Positions 41,530-55,553 of a DNA stretch of 64,000 nucleotides are shown here, in pieces. The notes beneath the pieces are model-generated. The model had not been told where the DNA came from. It searched no databases and worked only from the letters and a program-made list of their open reading frames with translations. The stretch's first letter is position 1. Each line of letters opens with the position of its first letter. The translations under genes were made by a program, and so were the position numbers. The stretch comes from the human T2T-CHM13v2.0 reference genome, Homo sapiens, in the NCBI RefSeq assembly GCF_009914755.1, contig NC_060929.1; one strand, written 5' to 3'.

Positions 41530-41719
41530 ATCTAGTAGCTTGGACTTGCTTAGCTATCCCTTTAAGCTTAAATTGGCAGCCTAGGCCAGTCACTGGAATC
41601 ACCTCAGGAGTTTGAAACAATGTAAATGCCGGGATGCCAACCCAGAAACTCTGATGTAATAGGGCCAGGCAGCAGCCTGGACACCACAGTGTTTAAAAGC
41701 TGCCCAGATGCTCTTGAGA

Positions 41720-42520
41720 AAGAGTTCATATGGAAGCAAGTGTAAGAGGAGCTGGGGGAGAGAGACTGGAGATGTACAGATATTTAGTTGATTACTGCAA
41801 GACCTAAACCAGGCTCTCAGCATTAAGGAGAACCTTGCCTAAGGCTAAGTCACTGGGTATAGGAGTTGCCAGGGACTTCATCAGGAAAGAAGGTAGAGAG
41901 CCATAGGCTGGATGAATGTGGAGGGAAATGAGAAGGAGGAGTCAAAGATAGCTTTGAGTTCTTGAGCATGGCTAGTGTGATGAGCCCTTCTTAGGAAAAG
42001 CAAGAATGGGGATTGGGAGGGAAGGAGATCTTCGTTTGAGCGGGGGATGGGAAATAAATTTGAATCTGAAAAGGCGTGGATTGGCTCGATGGTCATATCC
42101 AACAGACAGCTGAAACTTTGGGTCTGGATTTCAGGGAAGAGAGGCAAGAGGGAAGAAAAGAATGGAAGGGAAGAGAAGATAGAGAGGAATGAAGGGAGGG
42201 GGAAGAAGAGACAATGAGAAACACTGAGAGAGATTTTGCATTTTTAAAGCCTGTGACAAGAATTCCATTACTGAAAGAAGAGCATTTGCTGAAAAGAGAA
42301 AAGAGGAGAAAGAGGACCGAACCTCCAATAATGCCTGCATGTGCAGGGGAAAAAATAGAAAGAGAAGAAGAAAGCAAAAGGGGCAAGAGTTAGGAGAAGA
42401 GTCACGTTAATGTCGCATTATCAAAGCTAAAGAAAGAGTAGGTTGGGGGATGGGTGCAGGAAAGGTCAATTGCCAGCAATACCAAACGCCAAAGACAGGC
42501 AAGGAGGGTGAGATATTTCA
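41720..42520. mobile_element. L2 LINE fragment
   Basis: Purine-rich degenerate L2-like sequence (GAGAAGGAGGAGTCAAAGAT...); boundaries approximate. Confidence 0.5.
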
Positions 42521-43258
42521 GGCAAGAAGAAAGCTTGCAAAGTCATCATGATAGCATAGTAATAATAACAATAATAATAATAATTGGTGTTCACAATGGA
42601 TTTATCGTGTGCCACGCTCCTGGCCAAGTGCCTTGCGTTAATTCAACAACAACTCTCCAAGTATTAGGTATCCCCATTTTGCAGATGAGGTAACAGAGAT
42701 TTTAGGTACCCTGCACAAGGTTACACAGATAAAACGTGGTGGAGTGAATTCAGGAAGTCCAGCTCCCGAGAGACACCTGACCTCTCTGTGGAAACCAGAG
42801 TGACTCATTTAGAGGGCAACACTCAGTGTGGGTGGGAAAACCAGTAGGTGCCGGAAATCTCTGTCCATGTGGATGAAAACATCTCCCTGGTTGTTCCAGA
42901 CAGAGTTCTATTGCACAGGAAGCAGATTCCCTTTCTGGAGTGAATGTTGCTGGGCACATGACCAAGTGCCCATTAGGATGGAGCGAAAGAACGGCATCCG
43001 ACTCTTACAAAAAGTTGACATCTGAACAAAGAGAAATAAAAGCAAGTATGTTAAATTAATTTGAAAGGTCTTGTTTAAATCCACTCACGCAAAGACGTTC
43101 TCAATTTAAGGCTTTTATTCTACCCTAACCTCAGTTAGTTAGTGTGGCAGCTCAGAGCACATTCTGGATGATGCCAGGAAAAATTCATTTCACACCTGAA
43201 ATGCTTAGATCTCATGCCGTTTCTTACAGTATCTTTCTGTCTGTGCCCTCAACCCACT

Positions 43259-43289
<31 letters not shown>

Positions 43290-46130
43290 GGTTTTGGAAA
43301 GGAAAGGAATGATATCTTTCTCCGGAAACATTGCACTGAGGCAAACGTTTTCCCTTTGGTGCATTAGGAAGCCCTTAGATGAGAGAAGCTGGTGAGCTAT
43401 GAAACAGCATTGGGACTTCTCTTGCAATTAAAAAAAAAATTATCAAAGCACTTTCCATACATGAAACCACCGTCAGTTATGTGGGGGAGGAATTATTATC
43501 TGTGTATCATGAAGGTGGAAATTACGGTACTGAGAGGTTAAATGATATTCCCAGCAGGCAAGAGAAGAAACTTTTCCAGGCTTGGCATGAGGACCTCTCT
43601 GTTTGTATATGTGTTCCCATTAGGGCTGCTCTGATGATCCAAATAAAAGTTGGGAGTGGGGGTAATGATTTATAAGCCCAAGGTTTTTAAAACATCATTT
43701 CTCATGTTTGGAAGTGAAAGTTGGCTGTGAGAATTCATCGAAAATGAGCCTGGATAGATGAGGCTGATGCAGATTAGTTTTTGAAGTGGAAGGACTGGAG
43801 GATTGGCCTTGTTTTCAAACGGCTAATTTTCTTGTTAATCACTGCGTTGGTTAATAACCACCTAGTTATGACCGTGGCAGAGAAAGACTGTCTGAAATAG
43901 GTCAAGCCTTCAGTCAGCCTGGCGTGTCCTGTCTTGATTGAAGGCTCAGGAAGCAGGAAGACTGGAGTGATTGGGGTGGGGGGGTGAGGTGGGATTGAGG
44001 CCTTGAGAGGAGACAGCAGTGACCACCTGGGGGACTTTTCTGTGGGAGATTGACAGGACTGGATGTACTCCTGAGGAGTCCTGCGGGGTGGGGGACAGGA
44101 ATGTAAAAAAGGCCTGAGATGTCTTTTTTGGAATATGTGTGCCTTTTAATTCCTTGAATTTTTTTTCATTAATAACATGAATTAGATATGTTTTTTCCTA
44201 CATTCTAAGAACACGACAGAATAATTGGAATATGCATGTGCAATTTAAGAAGACAATGAAAACCACCCAAAATTGAACACCCAGAGATGATCACTGTTAC
44301 CCTTTTGATATATAACTTCCTTTTCTCTTTCTCTTTCTTTCTCTTTCTCACACGCTTTTTCAGTTTATCTTAATAGGTCCTGACTGAATTGTTAGCACCT
44401 ACCACGGTTCCTAGCACATGGTAGATACTCAATAAATGTTGATGTAAGGATGAAAAAAATCATATTTATGATTTGTGGTATAGAATTATATAATAGGTAT
44501 TACCTAATTCTAGATCATTACATATTTTTACAGTTTTCAAATACCAGGCTGAGCTATTACCTAAGGACACTTCTATCATATGGAAACATACAGCACCATG
44601 AACCAGCACGCAGTGACACTGTGGTCTAGAGTTTGGGTTCTGAAGTCAGTCTGCCTGGATTGGAAACCAGACTCCAACACTTAACTAGCAGTTCTTAATC
44701 TGTCAAGTAGGAGCAATACTCATAACATCTCATAACATTATTGTGAGAAGGAATAAATTAGTGCATTGAATGGGCCTAGCACCACACCTGGTACAGTCAT
44801 AATTGCTTGGTAAATAATAGTTATTGATATTATAGTATGTTTTTAAATATTATGCTAGAGCACCGTATTAATGTTCTTCCATCATGCTGGCACATCGCAA
44901 TTTTTAAAAATCTACCCCCTTTTGACAGGCATTTTTGTTGCTTCAATTTTTTGTTATGTAAAATACTAAATAGATCCTCTTTATATAAGAATTTATTTGC
45001 ATATCTATACTTATTTCCTTATAATAAAATTGTAGAGGTAGAAATATAAGATCGCAGGCAATTAATCTTTTTATAACTTTATATGTTGCCAACAAAATGT
45101 GATATTAGCATAGAAAGCAACGGTGTATGAGCGAGTCTGTTTTCCCATATCCTAAGTAATCGTCCTATCCTTTGCACATTTTATGCAGGCTCATTTTGAG
45201 GAGCAAATCCCCTTCCATTTCTTGAGGCCATCTTGGGTTAGGCTAAGTGGAATTCTGCCAACATGCAACAGATTTTTAGGAGCAGGTTCTGGGTGTTTGT
45301 GCATGAGAGTGGAGTGGGGAGTGGGGTGGGGTGCATGGGCATGTACCCTCTGTCCCAAGAAGCTGCAGTGAGTATGAAAGATACCAGACTTTCACCCTCA
45401 GTAAATCTAAACACTCAAAGCAAAGTGTAAAAAGTGCTCGACAACTGTTATAAAGGATTTGGAAACTGTCTTCTCAAGGTGTGGACTGGGGTTGGAATCT
45501 GGAAGGCTGGCTGGAGAAAAGAACTCTGCTTCTGTCATTGGTGCAGTTGGTTGCCTTGTCGTTTTAATTACCTTACTCTTCTCAAGATCAGATTCAAGGC
45601 CAATCCAGCCTCCTCGGCCCCTAGCTTCTGCCTCCGCGACACAGATAACATAACTCACTTCCTAACTCACTTCCTGGGGCTGCCCCAGCCTAAGAGGATT
45701 AATCCGTCCTATGGAGTTACCTCCTCAGGAGGAAAACTGATAAGACGGTTGTAAAACTCCTGGGAGAAATGGAATGAGTTGTATAAATAAAGTGTTATGG
45801 CAGCCGACTCATCGAGAATGAGACCCGATGTCACTTAAATGTTTTGTCACTCTCTGTATCTTATGAAGGGGAACCTGTTTTCATATTGCAATACTTCAGC
45901 TCTGCCTGGAAAGTGATCGTGTGTGACAGTTTGCTTTTGTACTCCCCCACTTTATATAAAAGGAGCAGGACATTTAGGTTGGCTGTATTTGTTCTGAACA
46001 GGAAAACAAATCTGGCATTTTTACATATTATTCTGTACTCCTGGGAAAAACAGCTTTGACAGCCTAAGGAAAAGGCAGTTCAAATGGTAGTGATTCCCAT
46101 GAACGTTTTGTTGCACTTTAAGTAAATCTA

Positions 46131-46280
46131 CCATAAATGATAAGTATTTGAGATGATGGATACATTAATTAGCTTGACTCAATCATTTCATATTGTATAC
46201 ATATATCATAGCATCACTTTGTACCCCATGAATATGTACAATTATAATTTGTCAATATTCAATAACATTTCAAAAACAAC
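46131..46280 (+). mobile_element. L1MA-like 3' terminal fragment
   Basis: GATGATGGATACATTAATTAGCTTGA...CATCACTTTGTACCCCATGAATATGTACAATTATAATTTGTCAAT. Confidence 0.8.
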
Positions 46281-47924
46281 TAGAAAACATATATATAAAA
46301 GATGCCTTCATGCAAGAAAAGAGTAAATCTTATATTTGGCTGGATGGTGCATCCATTCAGCTAATAATAATTGTACACCTACCCCAAGCCAGCACTGTTA
46401 TAAGCATTGTGAGCTCAAGAGTACCCAAGAAAGATGTGGCCTCTAAGCTCACGAAGCTTCTCTTCTAAAGTGAAATTTAAGATTTTGGAGTAATAAAAAT
46501 ATAATGATTACCAATGTGAGAGCGATGCCAGAAAGAGACAGGGTGCTGAGCTAGACAATCACATGAAGCCGCCTACTCAGGTAGAATGGAGGAAAAAAAG
46601 GCTTTTGAGGTGACTTCTTAGCTGAAACTGAAAAGTGAAATTTCGGTCACCCATGTGACAAGGTTTGGGTGGCTGGGGTGGGGGTGGAGGGTGGAAGGGC
46701 TATTTTCAGGTCAAGGAAACAGCAGGGAAAAGGATCTAAGACAAGAAGCAGGAAAGTTCTTGGTTGTGTTGAGGAACTAGGAGAAAATGTGTGCAGCTCC
46801 AGTGTAACCAGGCAGATGAGAGGAGTTTGAAAGGAGACAGAATAGTAGGTGGATGTCACACCAGCAGCATCAGCAGCATCTGGGAGTTTCTCAGAAATGG
46901 AGAATCCCAACCTTAGACCTTCTGAATTTTGATTATCAAGTGGTTCCTGGGAAAGCACATCAATGTTGGCTAAGTGCTGATGCAAGCCATGGCAAGAGGC
47001 TTGGGTTTGGGATTTCACTGCAGTGGAAGTTATTGGTGGATTTAAAATGGGATGTGGTGTGCTCAAACACGTATTTAAATATCACTCTGGCTGAATAGAG
47101 GATTGCAGAGTGGCAAGAATTGAAATGGGGGACTAGTTAGGAGGCTGTTATAGTAATTCATCTGAGCGGTCAATTTAATCTAGACCAGATGACAGAGAAT
47201 TTCCAAGCATTGCTATGTGCCTGGGAAGGTTGTCTGCTGTCTCATGGTTATTGGCAAGCAGAAAAATATATGCCTATTTATGCCCCCCAGGCAGGAAAAT
47301 AGAAAATTGTTTCCCCTAAATTAGATACTTTGTCTTAGAACTCTTGGAGAGTCAATACCATCAAGGGGCTGGATTAGCTGAAGTACACTGTGTGGTTAGG
47401 AGCATGGGTTAGAGGATCATCAGAGCTGCATCCCCACCTGCCACCCCACATCCTACCTGGACAATGGTGAGCAATCACCTAGACTCTATGTCTTGGTTTC
47501 TTCATTGGTAAAGAAGGGATAAAGATAGTACAACACTGCTTTCCTTAGTACATTGATGTGTGTGTTAATTAAGAAAATGCACTTAACTAGCAAAGTAATT
47601 TAATAAGGCCTCTATAAATGAAGCTATTAATATTAGTAATATTATTTCACAATAACAATAAGTACAGAGTCCCTACCACACGCTGGATACTGATCGAGCT
47701 TGCATGCTTGTATGAGTTACAATGCCCAGCCCCGCCCCACACAGAGATTACGTGCTAATCAGAAAACAGCATCAGAAAGTGATTAAATCCACCTTTTTAT
47801 TTATTTTTTCTCATTTCCCCCTGTGTCTGTCTTGTATTCAGAAAACTCAGAACTTAAAGAAAGCCCAATGTATAAAACATTTTTTAACTCCCAATTCATA
47901 GACAAGTTAACTTAACCCATAAGG

Positions 47925-48033
47925 AGGGTGACCAACGCTGCCAGTTCTCTGAGGACTGTCTTGGTGCTGACACTGAAAATGCCTCATCTCAGAAACCCTT
48001 CAGTCTTGGGCAAAAGGGACAGTTGGTCACTTT
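47925..48033. mobile_element. MER94-like hAT-Blackjack miniature element
   Basis: Terminal inverted repeats AGGGTGACCAAC...GTTGGTCACTTT. Confidence 0.7.
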
Positions 48034-48705
48034 GACTTTAGGGTCTGTGGTTGAGTCAAAAGAGCTTCTTTCTCTCAGTTTAATAGCCACAGAGTACGTA
48101 TGAAATCTTGGACAACTCTTTAAGCTTCAGGTTCTTTATCTGTAAAACTGACATATATATTTCAGGATATGGTTATAGGATAGTCAGACAGCATTTCATA
48201 AAACACATGATCAGAAATGTTGAGTCCAAAAATGATCTCACGGTTGCAACTATTATTACTAGGGCGGTTGTATGTGGAAAAATCAGAGGTAAAAAGAAAG
48301 AAACCCCCAAATGCGAACATAACTGTTTCCTAGAAACCCTCTGTCGATGTCTATTCCATTTCCCGACAGTTCGGAATACACAGGTAGTCTAAAAAAATCA
48401 ACTTTCAACCTCATCGTTTTGTGGCTGGGAAAAGGGGGAAATAGGCACTATTTAGAAGGTATTTGGGATAGATGGAGTTACCACGAATGAATCTTCATTG
48501 GGATGGGAGTTTAGACCTGTTGAATGAATAAAAATGAGCCATCCTTGAAGATGATTATGAGAAGCTAAGTTCATACCAGCTCGTAACAGTGGCACGCTGT
48601 CAGTAGCTGGGCTAAGGCTGAGATTTTTCAATGAGAGCATCTGGCTTAAAAACTCCACAGGAGGGGGCTAGGGGTAGAGGAAGAAAATCCAAGAAATCCC
48701 TATGA

Positions 48706-48876
<171 letters not shown>

Positions 48877-49784
48877 TAATTGGTTCATTTGCCATATTTC
48901 TACAGTTCTGATTTAGTTGAACAATGTGATCATTATGCCACCAGCTTTCAATAGAGGTGTCACAATGAAAAATAATTGCAATATTCCACAATATTAACTG
49001 CACCCTAATTGCAAAAGTTTTGAAATATAATTACCATGAAAGCTAATGCGACAGGGAACATTAAGCATAATTAGTGTTTTTTAAAAAAAGGAAAAACTGT
49101 TAGGAGCTTGTTATTGTCTAGTAAGGTAGCTTCAAATTAGCTGGCTGTAGAGCACTTTCATCTAGCTTTTCTATAATTTTCATTATTAGCACAGACTGTA
49201 ATAAATTTATTTGACATAGCTCACACCTGCCAACCCTGCAGGAGATAACTTATAATGTGCGCCAGCCCCAAGATTTCCCACTGAACCTGTCAGAGCTTCC
49301 TACAAGGAGGCAGCCAGGAGTGAGGTTATTTTAAAAAAAATAAAATAAAATAAAAACCCTCAATTGCACATTACACAGTTCAGATTTAACACTTAAGCTG
49401 TGTTTTAAGTAATTTTCATAGAAAGCCAATGCTCTAGGAATGCAATTAAGAACCTCTTGTGGGTGGTGCTAAACAATCAAATCAGTGAACATTTCAAAGA
49501 ACTCCTAAGGTGCAAGCCTGCTCTCCAGTGACTAGCAAGCCGCACCAGGGAGCTGACAATTAGCCCGTGCACCTGTTTGCCCAAGTGCAGCCCCTGATTT
49601 TCTGAGAAAGGCACCAACCCTGAACTCAGTGGCCACCATCAAACCCCTCAATTTCTTCTTTGACAAAACTACTCAAGGTCAGCATTTTGAAGCAATCACC
49701 TGCACCTCCTACCCACTCTGGCCTCAGCCTGTCCATAATGAGGCTTAAGAGTCAGGATCTTGACTCCACATAGACCATCTGATG

Positions 49785-49900
49785 AAGGCAAGGAGTGTAC
49801 TCTGGGTGGGTACACAACTCCAGGGAGCGCCATTCACGTTGTTTTTTATGTAAAGTTGTGCATTGGGGGGTGTTCAATGTGAATGGTGCCCCCTGTTGTT
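49785..49900. mobile_element. MER91-like palindromic DNA transposon fossil
   Basis: Internal inverted repeat GCGCCATTCAC...GTGAATGGTGC. Confidence 0.55.
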
Positions 49901-50097
49901 TCTTACTTCTCTTTTTTTAGGCTCTCTGCTAATTGGCTACGTTACATCCCTTTGATTAAAAAAGAGAGTCAGGAAAGCTAAAAAAAGAGGAGGGAGTGGG
50001 GAGGAGCAGATATTTTTGAGACCTGACATAGAATCTAATTAAAAGAGACCCTCCATCCTGGATGATGCAGCAGACGACATCTAAAATAAAGGACGCA

Positions 50098-50413
<316 letters not shown>

Positions 50414-50668
50414 AAAATAAAAGAAGCATAGCAACTTAAAAGAGTACAAGTTTGAAATACTATATTCCATACATTTACATGTCAACTTTAAAAACTCACA
50501 GACCCTTGTTTACAAAGCATTGTATCGAAAGGTGAACATTGTCATTTTAAATGTGGTCACTAATAACACTAACTGATTAAAAGGTCCAAATAATAGTAGC
50601 CAGGAAAAATTAATAACTTTCTTGATCAAGATGGCCTTTCTGCCTTAGTAATTTTGTTTAGATCACCC

Positions 50669-50671
<3 letters not shown>

Positions 50672-50719
<48 letters not shown>
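50672..50719. repeat. (AT)24 microsatellite
   Basis: Direct reading. Confidence 0.95.
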
Positions 50720-50727
<8 letters not shown>

Positions 50728-50770
50728 TATCATAAATTCTTAAAGCATATTTATAGAGCTAAGAATTTAT

Positions 50771-50920
50771 GGCTGGGTGTATCTCATGCCTATAGTCCCA
50801 ACACTTTGGGAACCTGGGGCAGGAGGATTGCTTGAGGCCAGGAGTTCAAGAACTGCCTGGGAAACATAGTGAGACTCCATTTCTACAATAAATAAATTAT
50901 AAAATATATTTAAAAAAATT
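50771..50920 (+). mobile_element. Alu monomer (FLAM-like)
   Basis: Single left-arm-like unit with A-rich tail; degenerate TSD taagaatttat/taggaagttat. Confidence 0.85.
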
Positions 50921-51427
50921 TAGGAAGTTATGTATTCCATCTTGTCTCTGGCAGCCCCACCACAGAGATAAAAGTTCCACGAACCTTGCATTAATAACCA
51001 TGCAGCCAATTTGTTAAAATGATGATGCCCTAACTTAATTAAATCTGATAGAGCTGATGACATTGAACCTCTTAGGGGAGATAAAGTTCTCCGGTTAATA
51101 AAGACACCATGTTTATAGATAGATAACCATAAGAGAGCCAGTCACGTGCCCATATGCCTCAGTTTCCTCATTTGTAAAATGAGGACATTCAATTTGATTA
51201 TCTCTGTCTGTCTGTAAAATCAAAGTGAGTTTTTGACTAGAGCATTCCTTCTGATTGCAGATTTAATACTTCTGGCCAATTATTGGTTCTCGGAATCACT
51301 CTGTCCTAGACTTTCTCTTGTTAGAACCACACATTCTGTTAGTAACAGATGAGCCTAAAAATGTTGTCTGGAGACAATTGGCAGGACCTCAGCAGGCTGT
51401 AAATCCTTTCAGGAAAAAGGATCCGAT

Positions 51428-51871
51428 CCTCCCTTTCCCCTACCCTCCCTTCCCCTCGCTTCTCCTCTCCCCTCCTCTCCTCTCCTCTCCCCTCTCCTCC
51501 CCTCCCCCCTCTTCTCCTCTCCCCTCCCTTCCCCTCTCTTCTCCTCTCCCCTCCCCTACCCTCTCTTCTCCTCTCTCCTCCTCTCCCCTTCCCTCCCCTC
51601 CCTTCTCTTTCCTTCCCCTCCCCTCTCTTCTCCTCTCTCCTCCCCTCCCCTCTCCTCCCTTCCCCTCCCCTCTCTTCTCCTCTCTCCTCCCCTGCCCTCT
51701 CTTCTCCTCTCTCCTCCCCTCCCCTCTCCTCCCTTCCCCTCCCCTCTCTTTTCCTCTCTCCTCCTCTCCCCTCCCCTCCCCTTCCCTCCTCTCTTCCCCT
51801 CTTTGCTTTTCTTCTATTTCTTTTTCTCTCTCCCTCTCTGTTTCCCTCTCTCTCTCCTTCTCTCTTTTCCC
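51428..51871. repeat. About 440 bp polypyrimidine (CCTCT/CCCCT-type) low-complexity tract
   Basis: Direct reading; almost purely C/T on the + strand. Confidence 0.95.
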
Positions 51872-52546
51872 AACACAGTCCTCAGCATATAGGTTCTCAA
51901 CAAATATGCCCTGAGGAAAGAGAAAAGAAAGTCCAAGCTTGGCAGTTCTCCAGCCAGAGTGTATTGCTTGTGTGAAGAGGAAGCTACCACAGATCAGAGT
52001 TAATCTTTAGGTCTGCACACCATGGGCATCATAGAAGCTTTCCTTAGTTCAGCATTTGAGGCCCATAATCTGCTGAATAGAGTGCCTTTCAATTTATGGA
52101 AAGGGGTCATATATTTTAGTGGTTATGCATGACTTAAATAATATTTAATTCTTATTATGATTCCTCAGTGTGACATTTCTGCTGAATTTTATATTTTCGT
52201 TTTCTTTTCTCTCTCTTTTTTTTTTTTTTTTAGTAAAAATTGAACCAGTTTTATTCTTTTTCAAGGAAGAGAATTCACTTTTCTAAAGGAAGAAGAGGAA
52301 ACAAACTAGAAACTTACAGCATATATTTTTTATCTTTGGTGACACACAGAAGTTTGCTTTGTTTTTTACTTTCTCCTGTGTCCGAGTTTACAGTTGGACT
52401 TTTGTAAGGGAAGTGGACCAAATGTGTGGTCCTTGACTTACTTTCACGGTATTAACTACATTTCCTTTGTTCTGTTGCATAATGTAATCACTTGTGTTTA
52501 ATCTCCCTTCTATAGGGAATGATGGATTATTAAAAGTATTGCTGCA

Positions 52547-52592
52547 ACCTGTGCATGTACCCCCTAAATCTAAAATAATAATAATTTTATTG
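52547..52592 (+). mobile_element. Extremely truncated L1 3' end (46 bp) with TSD
   Basis: ACCTGTGCATGTACCCCCTAAATCTAAAATAA resembles an L1P 3' terminus; flanked by AAAGTATTGCTGCA (52533-52546) and AAAGTATTGTTGCA (52593-52606). Confidence 0.75.
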
Positions 52593-54391
52593 AAAGTATT
52601 GTTGCACTGCCACTGTAAAATTACTCAATGAAATCTACATTGTCACTACTCAGATATTGCCCTTCATTTATAATTGTGTGGTCATTAATTCTTATTTGTC
52701 AGTACATTTTAGGTTAAGAGGTTTTTTACAGCCTTAAGATCTAATCTTTATTTAACAATCAATCATCAAATCTGCATTTGCAAAGATTAGAAATCTCATT
52801 TTTAAGTAAAAACAGACAAAGAGTTAGGATTTGAACCCAAAGTTTAGAGGACTGTATTATCACCCAAATGCCTAGATGTTACCATGCAAATCAAAAATAA
52901 AATTTTGAACAAGTAGTTTTATTTTGAAGAGAGAAACATAAATATAGAACAGACTTATCTCATGGATAAAACAGAGGATAGACTATTAAAGTCATGTGTT
53001 TAGGGAGAAATTATGCCTTCCAAAGTTAATGCCTGGCTTTGAAATTGTGAGTAAGGCTTTTTTTTTTTTTTTTCCAGCATAAACACATCTAGACAAAATG
53101 TAAGACTCTGTGTCAATATTTTTTTTGAAGGGCAGATTGGGCTTATAATTATATAATACTGACCTATGACTTGTCTCTTAGGACTTCCACAAAATGAGAT
53201 TTTGATCTGGTACTTTTGGATGTGTAATTTATCTATCTACAATGCAACACAATGAAAATGTTCTCTCATGGTTTTGGAATTATCTTCATTTTGGCAGATA
53301 CAGGCACATGTGCTACACACTTCTCATTCTTGCACCCAGGGCAGACATCACTAATCGATCACAGCCCTCTTTCCCACTGGGAACAGATGGAGCCTGTCAA
53401 TATTTCTCAGCGGTCCTCCAGGCAGCTACTACTAATCAATCAGAATTGGCATGCAAGATTAAATGCCCTTGCCATTCAGGGCAATAATCACAGAAAATGA
53501 CAATCACACAGATGTGAGTCCCTGGGGTAGCCAAAATTCCAAAACCTAGTATAATTGCCTCTTCAAAATGTGATTAAATATCCTCTTTCCCTCCATCACA
53601 AGCAAAAAGAATAAAGTCATGCAAAGTAGGTTTGGTTTGGGAGGAAAAAAGAAAACAAAAAAACAAACAAAAAGAAACCTTCTAGCATCTGCATTTCTTT
53701 GTGGCTCCAAGATCCGAACTGTTCTTACACAAAAAAGACCCATCATTGAACTCCACTAACTTATACCTCAGTTCTTATTTATTTCCTCCAAAAAACTAAC
53801 CTTTATACTACAGTTTTACTATTATTAAATCACTCTTCCATGGAGCAGATGTTTCTGAACGCTTTTTTGCGTTCTTTGTCTTGAATACTCTTACTAAATA
53901 GTGTCCTTCCACAGAATAAAAAAATTCCTAATCTTGAAGGAGTTATATTTATAGAGGAATAATTTATCCTAAGTTACATTAAAATAAGTAAATCCATGGC
54001 AGCACAGTTAAATTCATAAGAGCAAGAACCTATCATTACTCTCAGATTCTCTTTGGATCTCTGCTAAATTGAGGACTATACAATTTATGAATACATATTT
54101 TTTGGTTAAACAAACCCTAGGAAAAAAGCGTATTTATGCATCAAAAACCTGTTATTAAGAGCTCAAAAAACGTAAACTTCTTATTAGAAGATTTGATGTT
54201 TTTTTCAACTACAACAATCTCAAGAATTAAGAGTAATTTTATATTTCCTTTTGTAGTAAGGTACAATCATATCATGTTTTACTTGGGATGAATGTAACTA
54301 TCTATGGTTTTAATTGTTACTGTAGAATGGAGTTGTTTCACAAAAATGATAATCCATGTTGTAGAGTGGTTAGTGAGGTGAGAAACTCAAG

Positions 54392-54720
<329 letters not shown>

Positions 54721-55009
54721 TCAGCAAATATCTCTTGGGCACCTACCCTAGGTTACACATTGGAACTACAACTGGAGTGCTTTGGGTTAGTTCCAGGAGC
54801 ACTGGGGCAGGAGTACTCACCATGGCGTGTAGAAATAAGTAAATTCCAACAGTCATTCACGCAGCGAATATTTATTGGTGTTAGCTGTGTGCCAGGCAGT
54901 GTCCTTGTCCTCCAAGGGCACTACCAGACTACAGAAATACGTACAACTGGGGATGGTGGCTTACTACCATGAATAATTGATTTTAAGTTTCTCTTTTACA
55001 ATAAGCTTC

Positions 55010-55553
55010 CTTTTTTAATTAACAAATATATATATATTTATGATATACAGCATGATATTCTGTTATATGTATGTAATGGATATGTCCATAATGTTATGGA
55101 ATAGCTAAATCAAATCAATTAACATATCTCTTACCTTGCACACTTTTTTTGTAGTCAGAACACTTAAAATCTACTCATAGCAATTTTCAAGTATATAATA
55201 CTTTGTTATTAACTATAATCACCATGTTGTACAATAGATATCTTGAACTTATTCCTCATTCCAATTGAAATTTTGTATCTTTTGACCAACATCTACCCAA
55301 TCTCCACCTTCCAGCCCCTAGTAACCACCACCCTACTCTCTGCTTCTGTGAGGTCAACCTTTTCAGATACCACGTGTAATTGAGAGGGGTGGTATTCGTC
55401 TTTCTGTGCCTGTCTTATTTCACTTATCATAATGTCCTCCAGGTTCAGGCTTACTGTCACTATGACAGGATTTTTTCTTTTAAGGATAAATAGTATTCTG
55501 TTGTGTATATATGCCACATTTTCTTTACCCATTCATCTATTGATGCAGACTTA
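55010..55553 (-). mobile_element. L1MA-like 3' UTR fragment
   Basis: Reverse L1MA 3' end (AACACTTAAAATCTACTC, GCAATTTTCAAGTATATAATAC, TTGAACTTATTCCTC). Confidence 0.85.

Noticed and set aside
44589-44610. Second RE1-like sequence TACAGCACCATGAACCAGCACG
   Set aside because: The left half fits but the GGACAG core is broken; likely chance.
49538-49556. CTCF-like GCACCAGGGGAGCT (also a reverse CAGGGGGCACC at about 49885-49897)
   Set aside because: Mismatches at core positions; not supportable without ChIP data.
51318-51914. 198-aa Pro/Ser/Leu-rich ORF
   Set aside because: Translation of the polypyrimidine tract; non-ATG start; no domain.
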